Part shown: piece by piece, positions 27,989 through 31,039 of the stretch | Layout of the letters: every line of letters begins with the position of its first letter | How positions within the stretch are numbered: position 1 is the stretch's first letter | NCBI GenBank assembly: GCA_041288045.1 | Contig: JBGGMM010000168.1 | Location: 1-31,039 of the forward strand | Length of the DNA: 31,039 bases | Source: Pseudobdellovibrionaceae bacterium | GTDB taxonomy: Bacteria; Bdellovibrionota; Bdellovibrionia; Bdellovibrionales; Bdellovibrionaceae | Direction: 5' to 3' | Notes under the pieces: model-generated | Databases searched by the model: none | Seen by the model: only the letters and a program-made list of their open reading frames with translations | Told to the model about the DNA's origin: nothing | Program-made: the position numbers and the translations under genes

Positions 27989-28549
27989 ATGATGAGATTT
28001 TTTCTTTCTCTCTTTCTCTTCGCTGTTCTTGCTGGCTGCTCAACCTCCAGCAAACAACCCATTCATGCCGACCAACCGGCTCCACCCTCTTCTGGAAATT
28101 CGGAAGAAGATAAAGTCTTAAGCCAGTGGCAAGACGAGCGCAGTCGTGGCTTTTTCGAATGGCCTGTGGATGATGCCCGAATGACCAGAGGCTTTCTTCC
28201 CAACCGCAGAAAGCCTCATTTGGGATTGGATCTCGCTGCCCCCAAGGGAACAAAGATTTACGCCGCTCACGAGGGCCAAGTGATCTATGCAGGCCGGGAT
28301 TTTCGCGGCTTTGGAAAAATGGTTCTCATCGAAGGTGCCGGCGGATGGGCCACGCTTTATGCGCATTTCTCATCCATTCAAGTGAAAGAAGGCCAGAAAG
28401 TCAGCCAGGGACAGCAAATTGGCCTGATGGGCCGAACAGGACGCGCCTCAGGAGTCCATTTGCATTTCGAAATTCGCAAAGCCAAAGGCCCCGTGGATCC
28501 CCTTTTGTATTTACCAGGCGGCACTCGGCTGGCTTCGCAGAAGAATTAA
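27989..28549 (+). CDS. M23-family metallopeptidase lipoprotein
   Basis: Lipobox LAGC; HLGLD (HxxxD), TLYAH and HLHFEIR (HxH) are intact. Confidence 0.93.
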   Translation: MMRFFLSLFLFAVLAGCSTSSKQPIHADQPAPPSSGNSEEDKVLSQWQDERSRGFFEWPVDDARMTRGFLPNRRKPHLGLDLAAPKGTKIYAAHEGQVIYAGRDFRGFGKMVLIEGAGGWATLYAHFSSIQVKEGQKVSQGQQIGLMGRTGRASGVHLHFEIRKAKGPVDPLLYLPGGTRLASQKN

Positions 28550-28580
28550 ATTTTTTGAGCAATCCAAAGCCTCGTGAAAA

Positions 28581-28613
28581 TAAAAAAGGCAGCCAAAAGA
28601 GCTGCCTTTTTTA
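28581..28613. terminator. Bidirectional intrinsic terminator
   Basis: AAAAAAGGCAGC-caaaaga-GCTGCCTTTTTT between convergent genes. Confidence 0.88.
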
Positions 28614-28637
28614 CTTTTTTAATTCTCAAAGTCTTCT

Positions 28638-29543
28638 TTAGAAAGAAGCGCTCACGACCAAGCTGTATTCAGATACTTGATCATCTCCGAAATCTTCGTA
28701 TCCCTCTCTGTTCAAAGCTGTCGTGTACAAAGAGTAGGCCGGGTTGATTTCAACAGGACCTGCAACAATATTAAAACCCACTTCATGAGCAAGAGTGTTC
28801 CCCAAGTCAGATCTCAGGTCTCCGTACTGAAAACGAGTTCCCGTGGTTGCCAGATAAGGAAAATAATAAGCATTGAGCTTATCGCCAAAGTTATAAGTCA
28901 CAGAAGGACCTGTGAGGAAGTAAAGAGCAGAATCGCCACCTGTGGCACCAGCAGCTTCAACTTGGTTGTTTTCATACATGAACAAACGAGCTTGAAGCAT
29001 GTAGCTGATATTCACCCGTGGGCTCAGATCCCAGTCTGGAGCAATTTGTGATCGCAAAACGCCACGTGAAGTGCTCTCACGAGAAGCTTCTGAAAGTGGA
29101 ATGTAATATCGATTGTTGAAAACAATTGGGTTGGAACCAAAGAGGCGCACATCAGAAGCGTAATTGGCGTGAATTGTTGGATCCAACAATTGATAAGCAT
29201 CCTGACCTTCTAAACGATCGCTATCGCCGACGATGGTGTAAGCAAAACGGTGGCGAATTTCTGTCTTCAATTTATCAGTGGCTTTGAAAGTCAGCCCGAT
29301 TCCGTTATCGCTATCAATTCGAGCTTTTGAATCGTGCTCTCGCAGTTCTTTGGCTGTGGTCCAACTTTGCCAGAGGAGCAAAGCTCCGAAACGGCTCGAA
29401 AGGCCAGGCGCTGTTGTAGTCAAAGTGTTGGTTGGAGCTGCCGTATTGGTGGTATTGGTCGATGGCAGCTGTTGCGTGCTTGTTGTCTGTGCAAAAGCAG
29501 TTGTTGAGACTGCGAATGCAATTCCTAGCAAAAGATTTTTCAT
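28638..29543 (-). CDS. Putative outer-membrane beta-barrel protein
   Basis: Signal peptide ending AFA, Thr-rich linker, amphipathic beta strands, C-terminal beta-signal YSLVVSASF. Confidence 0.82.
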   Translation of the reverse strand: MKNLLLGIAFAVSTTAFAQTTSTQQLPSTNTTNTAAPTNTLTTTAPGLSSRFGALLLWQSWTTAKELREHDSKARIDSDNGIGLTFKATDKLKTEIRHRFAYTIVGDSDRLEGQDAYQLLDPTIHANYASDVRLFGSNPIVFNNRYYIPLSEASRESTSRGVLRSQIAPDWDLSPRVNISYMLQARLFMYENNQVEAAGATGGDSALYFLTGPSVTYNFGDKLNAYYFPYLATTGTRFQYGDLRSDLGNTLAHEVGFNIVAGPVEINPAYSLYTTALNREGYEDFGDDQVSEYSLVVSASF

Positions 29544-29654
29544 GTGGTCCCCATTCTTTTTGATCCGTCGATCATTTTTAATTGGCTGTTTTGAAACGAG
29601 CTTATTGGGCTCATGGTGCCCAAATGGCTTCTCCCCTTATAAACAGTGCTCAAA

Positions 29655-29670
29655 AGCAAGCTCGGTGCCA
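29655..29670 (-). promoter_or_regulatory. Sigma54 (RpoN) promoter of the OMP gene
   Basis: Minus strand TGGCAC-CGAGC-TTGCT, a perfect -24/-12 consensus about 110 nt upstream of the ATG. Confidence 0.8.
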
Positions 29671-29779
29671 GTACTGCTCCCACAAATTCAGGGCCAAATC
29701 AACACTCTGAATCTGTTTTGAGACATATTCTCAACTGGCTTGTAGGTTTTATATGTTGTGCGTTATTTTTAACTGAAGC

Positions 29780-30349
29780 TTAGCTTTTTCGATCACTTGC
29801 TGGAGTTTGAACATGCAGCTCTTCAAGTTCGCCACGAACCTCGCGGAAGCGAGCGAGGCGAGAAGGAGCATGGGAAGCCAAGTAGCCAATAAAACTGAAT
29901 TTGAGGATTTTTGCGAGCAAAAGAATCCAGCCGATTTGCAGCAAAGGAGCTCCTGCCAAGGAGACGAGAATCACCGCGGGCTGCTGAGGGATTGGCGCTA
30001 GCGCTGCTAGAAAAAGAAGCCAAACCCCGTGCAGAGAAAAAAAGCTCTGCATCCAATTCCAAAGGTCTGCTTCAAGAAGATTTGAGAAATGATTCTGAAC
30101 AAAAGAGAGACCAAAGCTTTGTGTGAGCCAGCCCAAAAACCAAGCTCCTAACCAAGAACCCAAAACAGTCCAAAGCGCCAATCGGAGCCATTTTTTGGGG
30201 GCTAGAAAAATGCTGGAAACCATCATTCCGAGAATTGGAAAAACACCGACATAATGATCCAACCCTGCACAAACAGACAGAGTGGGGCCATACCACCACC
30301 GATCGACAAAGCCTTCGAAATATTCAATCCAACTGTTCAGACGTTTCAT
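29780..30349 (-). CDS. YqaA-like DedA/VTT membrane protein
   Basis: Multi-TM; VLGSWLGAWFLGWL and LAALAPIP; ATGA overlap with the upstream dedA. Confidence 0.75.
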   Translation of the reverse strand: MKRLNSWIEYFEGFVDRWWYGPTLSVCAGLDHYVGVFPILGMMVSSIFLAPKKWLRLALWTVLGSWLGAWFLGWLTQSFGLSFVQNHFSNLLEADLWNWMQSFFSLHGVWLLFLAALAPIPQQPAVILVSLAGAPLLQIGWILLLAKILKFSFIGYLASHAPSRLARFREVRGELEELHVQTPASDRKS

Positions 30350-31014
30350 GCTCGTTGCTTACGAGCTTTATAGGCCTCTATGAAAATAGGAAGGATTGAC
30401 ACACCTATGACAGCAAAAATCACAATGTGAAAATGCTTTTTAACAGCTGGCAGATTGCCGAAAAAATATCCGGCCCAAAGAAAGGAATTGATCCACAAAA
30501 GAGCTCCTAAAAAACTCATCCCCATATATTTGGGATAGGACATTCGGCCAACGCCAGCGACAAAAGGAACAAAAGTTCGAACAATTGGCATGAAACGACC
30601 CAGGATGATCGCTCGCGTTCCGTATTTTTGATAAAACAAAGTCGCTTTTTCGAGATGCTTTTTGTTGAAAAATTTTGAATCTTCTCGAGAAAAAACTTTT
30701 GGGCCCATCCATTTGCCAACCACATAGTTGACATTGTCTCCAGTCAAAGCCGCAATCATCAGAAGCGGAGCCATCAAACCAATGCTCAGCCCACTCCCCT
30801 CGAGCGCAGTCAAGGCGCCCACTGCAAAGAGAAGCGAATCTCCTGGCAAAAAGGGAGTCACCACAAGCCCCGTCTCTGCAAAAATGATCAAAAACAAAGT
30901 CAGATAAAGCCAAGGCCCCATCCACTGCGACCAGGCAACCAAAGTCTCATTGAGATTTAAAATGAGATGCAGGATCTCGCCGAAAAACTGAACAATTAAA
31001 TTGATGATTTCCAT
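30346..31014 (-). CDS. dedA: DedA family membrane protein
   Basis: FAETGLVVTPFLPGDSLLF, GDNVNY, GRFMPIVRTFVPFVAG; start ATG 31014 assumed, near the window edge. Confidence 0.93.
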   Translation of the reverse strand: MEIINLIVQFFGEILHLILNLNETLVAWSQWMGPWLYLTLFLIIFAETGLVVTPFLPGDSLLFAVGALTALEGSGLSIGLMAPLLMIAALTGDNVNYVVGKWMGPKVFSREDSKFFNKKHLEKATLFYQKYGTRAIILGRFMPIVRTFVPFVAGVGRMSYPKYMGMSFLGALLWINSFLWAGYFFGNLPAVKKHFHIVIFAVIGVSILPIFIEAYKARKQRA

Positions 31015-31039
31015 AAGTTTCAATGTTGCCAATGAATTT

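Noticed and set aside
2800..30925. Antisense and alternate-frame ORFs (e.g. 2800-3417, 12893-13369, 20995-21486, 21823-22404, 30440-30925)
   Set aside because: Shadows of well-supported genes, with no motifs of their own.
1..31039. CRISPR arrays, tRNA/rRNA genes, transposases
   Set aside because: None seen by eye; no regularly spaced direct repeats or cloverleaf motifs.

Overview
Bacterial chromosomal segment. Gene content, promoter motifs and dif sequence point to Bdellovibrionota (Bdellovibrio-like predator); this is inference. A XerC/D dif-like site at 1218-1245 suggests the replication terminus region. Core genes are yfgM-like/bamB, a Leu/Glu/Phe/Val dehydrogenase, yceD-rpmF-fabH-fabD-fabG-acpP-fabF-rpiB-glyA, an M23 peptidase, a beta-barrel OMP and two DedA proteins. 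Accessory-looking features are: a ~350 bp highly structured element at the left edge; a 1304-aa surface lipoprotein; a membrane-anchored HTH protein divergent from a catalytic-domain-only tyrosine recombinase; an S1/P1 nuclease; and a NitT/TauT-type ABC transporter split by a ~4.4 kb inverted block. That block encodes the most striking protein, a class III (type IV pilin) signal fused to a phage-fibre-like body and a peptidase S74 chaperone, next to a secreted thrombospondin-repeat protein, both behind sigma28-like promoters. All calls come from reading motifs by eye; no searches were run.
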